Program-made: the position numbers and the translations under genes
Part shown: positions 12,101 to 22,864 of the stretch, in pieces
How positions within the stretch are numbered: position 1 is the first letter of the stretch
Layout: every line of letters starts with the position of its first letter
NCBI GenBank assembly: GCA_000146045.2
Contig: BK006943.2
Coordinates: 416,001 to 480,000, forward strand
DNA length: 64,000 nt
Direction: 5' to 3'
Origin: TPA_inf: Saccharomyces
Lineage: Eukaryota
The notes under the pieces: model-generated
Databases searched by the model: none
Seen by the model: the letters and a program-made list of their open reading frames with translations, nothing else
Told to the model about the DNA's origin: nothing

Positions 12101-15100
12101 TGAACCTAAGATATAACAGAATATCATCAATTAAGACAAATGCGTCTAACTTGCAGAACCTTTTTTTAACAGATAATAGAATTTCGAACTTTGAAGACAC
12201 TTTGCCGAAACTAAGAGCCCTTGAAATTCAAGAGAATCCAATCACTTCTATATCCTTCAAAGATTTTTATCCAAAAAACATGACAAGTTTGACGTTGAAC
12301 AAGGCACAGTTATCGAGTATTCCTGGAGAATTACTCACCAAACTATCTTTCCTCGAGAAACTTGAACTTAATCAGAATAATTTGACTAGACTGCCACAGG
12401 AGATATCCAAGTTGACTAAATTAGTTTTCCTTTCAGTGGCGAGAAACAAACTAGAGTATATTCCACCCGAGCTATCTCAACTGAAAAGTTTGAGGACATT
12501 AGATCTACATTCTAACAACATAAGGGACTTTGTTGACGGTATGGAAAACCTTGAACTAACATCGCTAAATATTTCATCGAATGCATTCGGTAACTCTAGC
12601 TTAGAAAATTCTTTTTACCATAACATGTCATATGGGTCAAAGTTATCTAAAAGCCTGATGTTTTTTATTGCTGCAGACAATCAATTTGATGATGCTATGT
12701 GGCCTCTTTTCAATTGCTTTGTCAATCTGAAAGTGCTAAATCTTTCTTACAACAATTTTTCAGATGTATCGCACATGAAACTTGAGAGCATTACCGAATT
12801 GTACCTCTCCGGTAATAAGCTCACGACATTGTCGGGTGATACAGTTTTGAAATGGAGCTCTTTAAAGACTTTAATGTTGAATAGTAACCAAATGTTATCT
12901 CTGCCTGCAGAATTATCAAATCTCTCACAGCTAAGTGTATTTGATGTTGGAGCAAATCAATTAAAGTATAATATATCAAACTATCATTACGATTGGAACT
13001 GGAGGAATAATAAAGAACTAAAATATTTGAATTTTTCAGGAAATCGAAGGTTTGAAATAAAGTCATTTATAAGTCACGATATTGATGCTGATTTGTCAGA
13101 TCTGACAGTATTACCTCAGTTAAAGGTACTAGGTTTAATGGACGTAACTTTAAATACTACCAAAGTACCGGATGAAAATGTCAATTTCCGTTTAAGGACA
13201 ACTGCATCAATAATAAATGGGATGCGCTACGGTGTTGCTGATACATTAGGTCAAAGAGACTATGTGTCATCTCGTGATGTTACCTTTGAAAGATTCCGCG
13301 GAAATGACGACGAATGCTTACTATGTCTTCATGATAGTAAAAACCAAAATGCAGATTATGGCCACAATATATCAAGAATTGTTAGAGATATTTACGATAA
13401 AATACTGATCAGACAACTGGAAAGGTATGGAGACGAAACAGATGATAATATAAAAACTGCACTTCGTTTCAGTTTTTTGCAACTGAATAAGGAGATTAAC
13501 GGAATGCTAAATTCTGTTGATAATGGTGCCGATGTTGCCAATCTTTCATATGCAGACTTGCTAAGTGGCGCTTGCTCTACTGTGATATATATCAGAGGGA
13601 AGAAACTCTTCGCTGCAAATTTAGGTGACTGTATGGCTATTTTATCCAAAAACAATGGTGACTACCAAACGCTAACCAAACAACATCTCCCAACAAAGCG
13701 GGAAGAATACGAGAGGATCAGAATATCTGGCGGGTATGTCAACAATGGAAAATTAGATGGTGTTGTAGATGTGTCTAGAGCAGTGGGTTTTTTTGATTTG
13801 CTTCCCCACATTCATGCTTCTCCCGACATATCTGTCGTGACATTAACAAAAGCAGACGAGATGCTTATTGTAGCAACGCATAAGTTATGGGAATACATGG
13901 ACGTGGATACAGTTTGTGATATCGCGCGTGAGAATAGTACTGATCCACTCCGTGCCGCAGCTGAGTTGAAGGATCATGCCATGGCTTACGGCTGTACAGA
14001 GAATATTACAATTTTGTGCCTTGCTCTTTACGAGAACATTCAGCAACAAAATCGGTTCACTTTAAATAAAAACTCTTTAATGACTAGAAGAAGTACTTTC
14101 GAGGATACTACATTAAGAAGACTTCAACCTGAGATTTCTCCGCCAACAGGTAACCTAGCAATGGTCTTCACTGATATCAAAAGCTCAACCTTCTTATGGG
14201 AGCTATTCCCTAACGCAATGAGGACCGCAATAAAAACTCACAATGACATTATGCGTCGTCAACTACGAATTTACGGTGGTTACGAAGTAAAGACAGAAGG
14301 AGACGCCTTTATGGTGGCATTTCCTACGCCAACTAGTGGTCTGACATGGTGCTTAAGTGTTCAATTAAAACTCTTGGATGCACAATGGCCGGAGGAAATT
14401 ACCTCAGTTCAAGACGGCTGCCAAGTTACGGATAGAAATGGTAACATTATCTATCAAGGCCTATCAGTTAGAATGGGTATTCATTGGGGCTGCCCAGTTC
14501 CAGAGCTTGATTTAGTGACTCAAAGAATGGACTATTTGGGGCCGATGGTCAATAAGGCAGCAAGGGTCCAGGGCGTCGCTGACGGTGGTCAGATTGCAAT
14601 GAGTAGTGATTTTTACTCTGAATTCAACAAGATAATGAAGTATCATGAGCGAGTAGTGAAGGGCAAGGAATCTCTCAAGGAAGTTTATGGTGAAGAAATT
14701 ATCGGAGAGGTTCTTGAAAGAGAAATTGCCATGCTGGAAAGTATTGGTTGGGCATTTTTTGACTTTGGCGAGCATAAGCTAAAGGGACTCGAAACCAAAG
14801 AACTCGTTACTATTGCGTATCCTAAGATTCTTGCTTCCAGACACGAATTTGCATCTGAAGATGAGCAGTCAAAATTAATCAATGAAACGATGTTGTTTCG
14901 TTTAAGAGTCATTTCAAACAGACTGGAATCTATAATGTCAGCTTTAAGCGGCGGATTTATTGAACTAGACTCTCGGACGGAGGGAAGTTATATTAAATTT
15001 AACCCTAAAGTTGAAAATGGTATTATGCAATCGATTTCTGAGAAGGATGCGTTGTTATTTTTTGATCATGTAATTACTAGAATCGAATCCAGTGTGGCAT

Positions 15101-15237
15101 TATTACATTTACGACAACAGAGGTGTTCAGGACTGGAAATTTGCAGAAACGATAAAACATCTGCTCGAAGCAATATTTTCAATGTTGTTGACGAACTTTT
15201 ACAAATGGTTAAGAACGCAAAGGATTTATCAACTTGA
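9157..15237 (+). CDS. CYR1: Adenylate cyclase, 2026 aa. It has a Ser/Asn-rich N-terminus, a leucine-rich-repeat region, a PP2C-like domain and a C-terminal cyclase catalytic domain.
   Basis: Single 6081-nt ORF. The LRR consensus LxxLxLxxN recurs across ~aa 800-1300. The class III cyclase region is at the C-terminus (..[21 protein letters not shown]..). Length and position match YJL005W. Confidence 0.95.
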
Positions 15238-15588
15238 GTTCTGTTCGTAAATTATGTACCACCCTGTTACTCGTTTCATATTCACGCTAGAGAAGTACCT
15301 CAGCTTACTAGATCCATTCACACATTGCAAGTATACTAAAACTATATAAAATTTAAGTACGTAAACTCTTTACTTATTATTATCTTCAATGTCATCACGT
15401 ACTTAATTATGTTAAATATAGATTGTGTATAAATAAGAAATAGGATCTGTTTTGAAAAATTGGCCAAAAAGGCAGATTTATTAAGCCTATAGAGATAAGG
15501 TTCTTGCCATTTTTCATACATTTACTGTTTTCTCTTGAATGACTATAATATTGCCAAAATTGCCTCGAATATGTTGTTTCATCTCCTC

Positions 15589-16200
15589 TCATATTTGGCT
15601 TTCTAAGTCTTTTAGTTGTATTGGTGATTGCTCCAATTCTGAATGATTACTATGCTGCTGACTAGGCGTAACCAATCCAACTTCTCCTTCATTAGGATCA
15701 ACCAAGCCCTCAAAAAAGGTGTCTCTAAGCTCTCTCCATCTTGTTGTCCATGTCCCCAAAAATATTAGTATTAAAGATGATAAAATTTGAAGAAAAAACC
15801 AAGAAAAAGAAGGAAATTTCCGAGTATAGAGGAACACCACAATAAAATTGATGGCATGTATAGTGATAGCAAAATCCCATGCGAGTTTACTCCGTCCAAC
15901 GATAACAGTTAAGAAAAAAACACATATTAATGAATCCAGAAGCCATAACAGTGAGATTGATAAACCGTATGCGTTCGTAAAGTCGATATTCTCCCAAGAA
16001 AACAGCCATTCCTTGATATTGAGATCATATCCCGCTAGCTTCGCCCAACAATAAAAAAGAACGATCGCTGTGGTGTAATAAAAAATCTGTAAAAGAACAA
16101 TTTGAAGTCCAATCTTACTTGGAGAGAGAGAATCTTGTTTGAAGATCTGGGAAGGTTTCAACTCATTCGGCACTCGCAAATACCTTCTTATCGAAACCAT
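15589..16200 (-). CDS. SYS1: Sys1, a Golgi membrane protein, 203 aa
   Basis: The track ORF begins at a TTG (16215). The first ATG (16200) gives the 203-aa protein MVSIRRYLRVPNELKP... with multiple transmembrane segments. Confidence 0.8.
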   Translation of the reverse strand: MVSIRRYLRVPNELKPSQIFKQDSLSPSKIGLQIVLLQIFYYTTAIVLFYCWAKLAGYDLNIKEWLFSWENIDFTNAYGLSISLLWLLDSLICVFFLTVIVGRSKLAWDFAITIHAINFIVVFLYTRKFPSFSWFFLQILSSLILIFLGTWTTRWRELRDTFFEGLVDPNEGEVGLVTPSQQHSNHSELEQSPIQLKDLESQI

Positions 16201-16643
16201 GTTACAGTAATTCAAATGCCTATTTTTTATCTCACTTCTATGTGTACCCTTCCTTAGCCTTCCTAAAGATCATCTCTTAACATGAAGTTACAGAATATTA
16301 CCGTGAATATCGCGAGCTACGAATATTTTGGGTGGGGAGATATTTATTCATGATTAGCCTTGTCCTATAGTGTTACAATGGAGCAAATTGTTCACCGTTA
16401 GTATTTTGAATACGACAATATTAAATGAATAATAGCGCCTATCTCTTGTTACGTTTGGCGATTTGTATACCTTGTTAAATAAACTGATTAAAAGCCGGGT
16501 TATGGCCGTACACAAGTTATTAGAAAGCAAATACACTTCCTTATATCTGGTCACCTAGTTAATAAAAGGAAGTCTTTAATTTTGGCAAAAACCACTATAT
16601 ATATTAGTCAACAACTGAAATATTACCAGAATTTGTCTCCTAA

Positions 16644-17000
16644 ATGTCGTTCAGCGGAAAAAAATTTAGGTCTAGAAGACAGCAGCTAGTATATGAAGCA
16701 TCTTTAGCGGGGCGATACAAAAAAGCATTGAGTAAGCACCCCTTTCTTTTTTTTGGTTTACCATTTTGTGCAACAATAGTATTGGGTTCGTTTTGGTTGT
16801 CAAGCTTTACAGCGATCAAGTACGAGCAAGGCGATCGTAAAGTTCAGGAAATTAATGAAGAGGATATCTTGAAAATAAGGAAGAATCAAAGGGAATTTGA
16901 TATTAAAGAAGAATATTATCGTTTACAAGGTCTTTCTGAAGAGGATTGGGAGCCTGTGCGCGTCGCTAGGTTAAAGGATGAATCTGAGAATGTCTGGTAA
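16644..17000 (+). CDS. COX16: Cytochrome c oxidase assembly protein, 118 aa
   Basis: 118-aa ORF with an ATG start and a single transmembrane segment. Position matches YJL003W. Confidence 0.8.
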   Translation: MSFSGKKFRSRRQQLVYEASLAGRYKKALSKHPFLFFGLPFCATIVLGSFWLSSFTAIKYEQGDRKVQEINEEDILKIRKNQREFDIKEEYYRLQGLSEEDWEPVRVARLKDESENVW

Positions 17001-17220
17001 CATTCAAAACGTGAACATCTTTGTTATTCTTCTGTCCTTAAACTACTAAACAAAAAAAACTATGACCATTGATTGTGCAAAGAAAAGACCACGAGAATGT
17101 CTAGGAAATGATTGTAAATACCTTTATTCATTGGAAAATTCTTATCTATAAAACTTATAAAAAATTAAATACTGAATTTATTGCTCTGCATCATAAGGTA
17201 TATATCATTCAAACGTGAAC

Positions 17221-18651
17221 TCAGTTAGTTACGTTCATGTTCAAAGTTTTTAAGACAAAAACTCCCATTAGTGCGGTGAAAATATAGCAAGCAATAGACA
17301 GAGGCTTCTTGAAAAAAGAGCTTTTCGGGTAGTCGTACTTTATCAAGACTTGGCCATTGGCAACTTGACTAATCAAATTTCTGTAACTGAAAGTTAATTT
17401 AACGTGACCTTTATTTAGGTCAAAGTATGATTTCTGGGTTTCTATAGAAACATTTGTAAAAGGGACTGGAGAATCAATATCGAATATTTCGGCCCCTTCC
17501 GGAAGAAATACCGATAATTCAACATTATCATATACAGTGTCCGGTGGGCCGTTTAGAATTGGGATAGAAGCAACGAATTTCTCGTCTGAGCCAGAGGATA
17601 CATGCAAGAAATCGGACAATTTATTAGTCCAACCGACAGTAAAATTGTAGTTCCAACCTCCAAAGATTGGGAATCTTGGTCTTATAAAGAAATGGTCACG
17701 TTCTGCATGCGACGTGGAAACAAGGCCAACCAAATCAGTGAAATAATGATCAGTAGCTCCCTCAGGCAGGAGCATGTCTAAGACAGTAACAAAGTGAGTT
17801 TGTCTCATATTCTGAGTTTGAATCTGTTTCATTAATTCTAATCTTGAAAATCCTTTAGACAGTTTTGCGGCTTTGTTTGTTAATTCATAATATTCCTCAA
17901 ATTGTATTGTGGAAGCCCAATGAGAAAGCCAAATATCTCTTCTCAAATTCACTACCTGATTCAATGGGGCATTGTGGGAATAAACAATTGCTAAGGTTTC
18001 GTTTGAAGAAAATCTCGGAATATCTTCCCAAGGCCCAAACTCAAAAGAGTTTCCATTAGCTTTTCCCAGTAAACTCTCGTCATTTGGGGGGTGGTACTCC
18101 TCAAATGATGAGCTACCAATCAGCGTAAAAGAGGCCTTCTTGGTATCGTAAGCAGAAAGCGGCAATCTGTTCGTTTCCCACAATAGGTGTTGTTCTTCTG
18201 ACATTCCAACGTGCTCAGGATAAGGAATACCTACGGTATTATAGAAGCTCTTAATCACTAAAGAAACTTCTTCCTGAGGGGAAATTGCATTTGGAAATTG
18301 AATGATCCCGTATCTAATTTCACTTTCACCATCGTCACCAGGTGCTGTAGTCGAATTGGCAAGTAATTGGCTATTTAAAAAAGTTGCCTCGTTGGTAAAA
18401 TAGGCTGAAAAAAAGGAAACTTTACTGAAGATGCCACTCTCAAAGGCTGTGAAGTATTCAGTCGCAGGTTCGCTTGCTATGTTTTTGATAGTTATTTCGA
18501 TTGTTTCTGAAATATAAGCGTTTGACACGTCTATTGTCCTCTTATAATCAACATTCTCCCAAGTCGCAGGTGGCTCGTATTGGGCAGCAGAAGACACGTT
18601 GAAAAAACATAGGAACAATCCCACAATCCAAGAGAACCAAACCTGCCTCAT
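17221..18651 (-). CDS. OST1: Oligosaccharyltransferase alpha subunit (ribophorin I homolog), 476 aa
   Basis: 476-aa ORF with a signal peptide and a C-terminal transmembrane segment. Position matches YJL002C. Confidence 0.85.
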
Positions 18652-19044
18652 TTTTTCAGCACCAATATTTTGTAGTTTGCGTCTTGTTCCGAGCTAAAGA
18701 AGCAATCGGGTACTTGTCAAAGAAGTAGCTTGCTTAATAAAAAGCAAACATTAATTTGTTCTGCATACTTTGAACCTTTCAGAAAATAAAAAACATTACG
18801 CGCATACTTACCCTGCTCGCGAAGAAGAGTAACACTAACGCATTCTATGGGCAATTGAAGACAGTATTCAGTACAAGACATAGTCCGTTTCCTTGAGTCA
18901 ATTCCTATAGCATTATGAACTAGCCGCCTTTAAGAGTGCCAAGCTCTTCAACACCGATCATTTTTGATGATTTGGCGTTTTTGTTATATTGATAGATTTC
19001 TTTTGAATTTTGTCATTTTCACTTTTCCACTCGCAACGGAATCC

Positions 19045-19053
19045 GGTGGCAAA
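19045..19053 (+). promoter_or_regulatory. PACE (Rpn4-binding proteasome-associated control element) GGTGGCAAA, about 110 bp upstream of PRE3
   Basis: Exact 9-mer GGTGGCAAA read at 19045-19053, upstream of a proteasome subunit gene. Confidence 0.65.
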
Positions 19054-19162
19054 AAAGGGAAAAGCATTGAAATGCAATCTTTAACAGTATTTTAAACAAG
19101 TTGCGAGACGGTGTACAATTACGATAAGAATTGCTACTTCAAAGTACACACAGAAAGTTAAC

Positions 19163-19926
19163 ATGAATGGAATTCAAGTGGACATCAATCGTTTGAAAAA
19201 GGGCGAAGTCAGTTTAGGTACCTCAATGTATGTATATAAGAATTTTTCCTCCCACTTTATTGTTTCTAAAAGTTCAATGAAGTAAAGTCTCAATTGGCCT
19301 TATTACTAACTAATAGGTATCTTATAATCACCTAATAAAATAGTATGGCCGTGACATTTAAGGATGGTGTGATACTAGGTGCTGATTCACGTACCACCAC
19401 TGGTGCGTACATAGCTAACCGTGTGACAGATAAATTAACGAGAGTACATGACAAAATTTGGTGTTGTAGGTCCGGTTCTGCAGCAGACACGCAGGCGATT
19501 GCCGACATTGTTCAGTACCATTTGGAATTATATACTTCTCAATATGGTACCCCCTCCACAGAGACTGCTGCCTCGGTGTTCAAAGAATTATGTTACGAAA
19601 ATAAAGATAACCTTACTGCTGGTATAATTGTGGCTGGTTATGATGACAAAAACAAAGGGGAAGTATATACTATTCCATTGGGTGGCTCCGTCCATAAGCT
19701 GCCTTATGCGATAGCAGGATCTGGCTCTACTTTCATATATGGGTATTGTGATAAAAACTTTAGAGAAAATATGTCAAAGGAAGAAACCGTAGATTTCATA
19801 AAGCATTCGCTATCGCAAGCCATTAAATGGGACGGATCTTCCGGTGGTGTTATAAGAATGGTTGTTTTGACAGCTGCTGGTGTGGAACGTTTGATATTCT
19901 ACCCTGATGAATATGAACAACTATAA
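19163..19926 (+). CDS. PRE3: 20S proteasome beta1 subunit, 215 aa. It is spliced: exon 1 is 19163-19227, the intron is 19228-19343 and exon 2 is 19344-19926.
   Basis: Exon 1 reads ATGAATGGAATTCAAGTG...ACCTCAAT, followed by the donor GTATGT. The branchpoint TACTAAC is at 19302-19308 and the acceptor is ..AAAATAG|T. The exons join in frame to give MNGIQVDINRLKKGEVSLGTSIMAVTFKDG... (65+583 nt = 216 codons). Confidence 0.9.
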
Positions 19927-20304
19927 TAGACCCCAAAAGAACAAATTCTGAGTGATTACTTCTCTTTATATTTGTTAACAAATGCCTCTGGATCTACACT
20001 GATATAACATATAATAGTCTATAACCTCTTTCTCTTTTTCTCTTCGCTTTACGCTTTTTTCTCTAACTGTTAGAACGACAAAGTATCTCAGAAGGGAATT
20101 TCGTAAGCAAGATATTTTACGACTAATCATTTTTTTGTTGTATAAAAACGTATGTGAGATTGATTCACTAATTCTTCGGAGTCCTGGAAGGCTTACCTTA
20201 TCTATGCATTCGTACAGTTGTGTGCAATGTTAAAAATGGTGACTGTATCTACGTATCTATAAAAAAAGGTTAACTACCGGAAAATCATTTCTTCTCGTAA
20301 AGTG

Positions 20305-20425
20305 TATATTTAGGTTCGGAAATCATAAACATTGTTTTTTTGTGTTTTTTATTTTTAAATAAAAAGAATAAATATTTTATATTAAAAAATAAATTTTAAA
20401 GTAAATTAATTATTTAACACGTGAT
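20305..20425 (-). other. CEN10: Point centromere (CEN10), read on the minus strand: CDEI ATCACGTG at 20418-20425, a CDEII ~83 bp and >90% AT at 20335-20417, and CDEIII TGTTTATGATTTCCGAACCTAAA at 20309-20331.
   Basis: CDEI matches RTCACRTG. The adjacent 83-bp element has almost no G/C. CDEIII matches TGTTTWTGnTTTCCGAAA apart from the last A. The spacing is canonical and the location is the YJL/YJR boundary between PRE3 and AVT1. Confidence 0.85.
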
Positions 20426-20801
20426 TAAGTTACTCTAATATAATCCTATTTAATAATTAGTAGAGTTGTTGAGAACGAGTATAATATTATTTTTTTTTTA
20501 TTTTTTTGTAGGTTCTTTGGCCATCCTAAATAGAATAAGCATCCACAACAACTAAACTGGTATTTTGTTATACACAACGCGTCTTGGTTAGGCATCTGTT
20601 TTGTTTTAGCTATTGTTCATCGCGTTTTTTTTTTTCTTATCTCTTTTACCGAGGGGCGAAAATAGCGATAGATCGAGAATATAAATAAATAAAATATTGT
20701 TGTGTTGTGTAGTTCTAAAGAAAAATTTTACAGTGAAAAGGTAACACCGGGGAGTCATTACGTAGACTTACGTATTCTGTATAACTGATTCCGAGACGCA
20801 A

Positions 20802-22610
20802 ATGCCTGAGCAAGAACCATTGAGTCCCAATGGCCGTAAGCGCTCTGAGGTTCACTATATCTCAATCCCATTGAACAGAGGTTCCGCATTCTCACCAGAT
20901 GATTCTGTATCACAGTTTCAGTCTGACGGGTTCATGACACGTAGGCAATCCATATTGGACCATCCTGTGGGCTCATTTAAGGGAGTTAATTCTTTAAGTC
21001 GATTTGCGACTTCGTTGAGGAGAGCCAATTCGTTTCGTAATATCGAGCTAAATGCGGATAATGAAAGATCCTTTTTCAAAGAGAGTAACGATGAAACCTA
21101 CGATCCGGATACTTTAGCACCAGCTTTGGACGGTAGAAGATTATCAGTAACTTTAAATAATGCTGGTCGCCCGCGCATTACTAATTTGGCTAACAACGAT
21201 AGAGTTAGTACAGCCAGCATGGCTATTCACGATGATGATTATGGGTCCATCCAAAATTCAACAATTGGGGATTCTGGGTCAATATTACGCCCTACTGCCT
21301 CCTTAACAGAAATGATGAGTGGTGGAGCGGGGAGAAGGTTTACAAATAATGACATGGATTCAATTGTAGTGAAGAGAGTGGAGGGTGTAGATGGTAAGGT
21401 AGTAACTCTTCTTGCTGGTCAGTCGACCGCTCCACAGACCATATTCAACTCAATCAATGTACTGATTGGTATTGGGCTCCTGGCGTTACCTCTTGGTTTG
21501 AAATACGCCGGCTGGGTTATAGGACTTACTATGCTTGCAATCTTCGCCTTAGCGACATTTTGTACTGCTGAACTTTTGTCTAGGTGCCTAGATACAGATC
21601 CAACTTTGATATCTTACGCGGACTTGGGATATGCAGCATTTGGTACAAAAGGGCGCGCACTAATTTCTGCTCTTTTCACACTTGACCTACTGGGTAGTGG
21701 GGTGTCCTTGGTGATTCTCTTCGGAGATTCTTTAAATGCTCTATTTCCTCAATACTCCACCACTTTTTTCAAAATAGTTTCATTTTTTATCGTTACACCC
21801 CCGGTTTTTATACCATTGAGTGTTCTATCTAATATCTCGCTTCTGGGAATCCTTTCAACAACCGGAACTGTGCTAGTCATTTGCTGCTGCGGACTATACA
21901 AGTCGTCTTCTCCAGGTTCATTAGTTAATCCGATGGAAACGAGCATGTGGCCGATAGATCTAAAGCATCTCTGTTTATCTATAGGTTTATTGAGTGCCTG
22001 CTGGGGAGGACATGCGGTTTTTCCCAACTTAAAGACAGATATGAGGCATCCAGATAAATTTAAAGACTGTTTGAAAACTACCTATAAGATAACATCGGTT
22101 ACGGACATAGGTACTGCAGTTATTGGCTTTTTGATGTTTGGAAATCTTGTTAAAGATGAAATTACTAAGAACGTTTTGCTGACGGAGGGATATCCAAAAT
22201 TCGTTTATGGTCTGATTTCAGCGCTTATGACTATCATTCCTATCGCAAAGACCCCATTGAACGCAAGACCTATCGTTTCTGTATTGGACGTTCTGATGAA
22301 TGTGCAACACATAGATGAAGCGGCCAGCGCCATAAAAAGAAGAGCTGCGAAAGGCCTTCAAGTATTCAATAGGATCTTTATTAATGTTGTCTTCGTTTTG
22401 ATAGCTATTAATTTCCCTGAATTTGATAAGATTATCGCATTTCTGGGGGCCGGTTTGTGTTTTACAATTTGCCTAATTTTGCCGTGTTGGTTCTATTTAA
22501 GATTGTGCAAGACAACAATCAAACCATGGGAGAGAGTGGCTTGTCACGTAACCATATGTATTAGTGTCGTGTTGTCCACATTAGGTGTTGGTGCTGCAAT
22601 TATTTCATAA
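20802..22610 (+). CDS. AVT1: Vacuolar neutral amino-acid transporter, 602 aa
   Basis: 602-aa ORF with a hydrophilic N-terminal domain followed by ~11 transmembrane helices. Position matches YJR001W. Confidence 0.85.
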
Positions 22611-22771
22611 TCGACGAGGGGCATACTTACTCTACTTAAAATTCATTTACATTAGCTCTGTACTTCTGATAATGAAAAACCATTGCGTAATATACATATT
22701 TTCGTGTAGAATTATTTCCATAAAATATTCACCGCCTTTTCTGTACTGGCCGCCGGCATGCGAGGGAAGCA

Positions 22772-22797
22772 GAAAATTTTCAATTTTGCGATGAGCT
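22772..22797 (+). promoter_or_regulatory. RRPE (GAAAATTTTC, 22772-22781) and PAC (GCGATGAGCT, 22788-22797), the ribosome-biogenesis promoter motif pair, 70-90 bp upstream of MPP10
   Basis: Both motifs are exact matches, in the usual RRPE-then-PAC order, and lie 5' of a U3 snoRNP gene. Confidence 0.65.
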
Positions 22798-22864
22798 CTT
22801 GAAGAAACAGTGTTTTGTTATGAATAAATGATGTGTGCACGAAAGACCCAAGGAAAGTCGTATA

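Noticed and set aside
20330-20520. AT-rich stretch with near-matches to the ARS consensus WTTTAYRTTTW
   Set aside because: The AT-richness is explained by the centromere CDEII. I found no exact 11/11 ARS consensus match by eye, and cannot call an origin without a proper scan.
22835-22864. N-terminal extensions of MPP10 (and, at the positions given in their feature entries, SUI2, TMA22, SYS1, LSO1 and REC107 exon 2) implied by the ORF track
   Set aside because: The codons at these track starts are GTG or TTG, which I checked base by base, so the track is using bacterial-style alternative starts. Eukaryotic nuclear genes start at the first ATG, which also reproduces the expected protein lengths.
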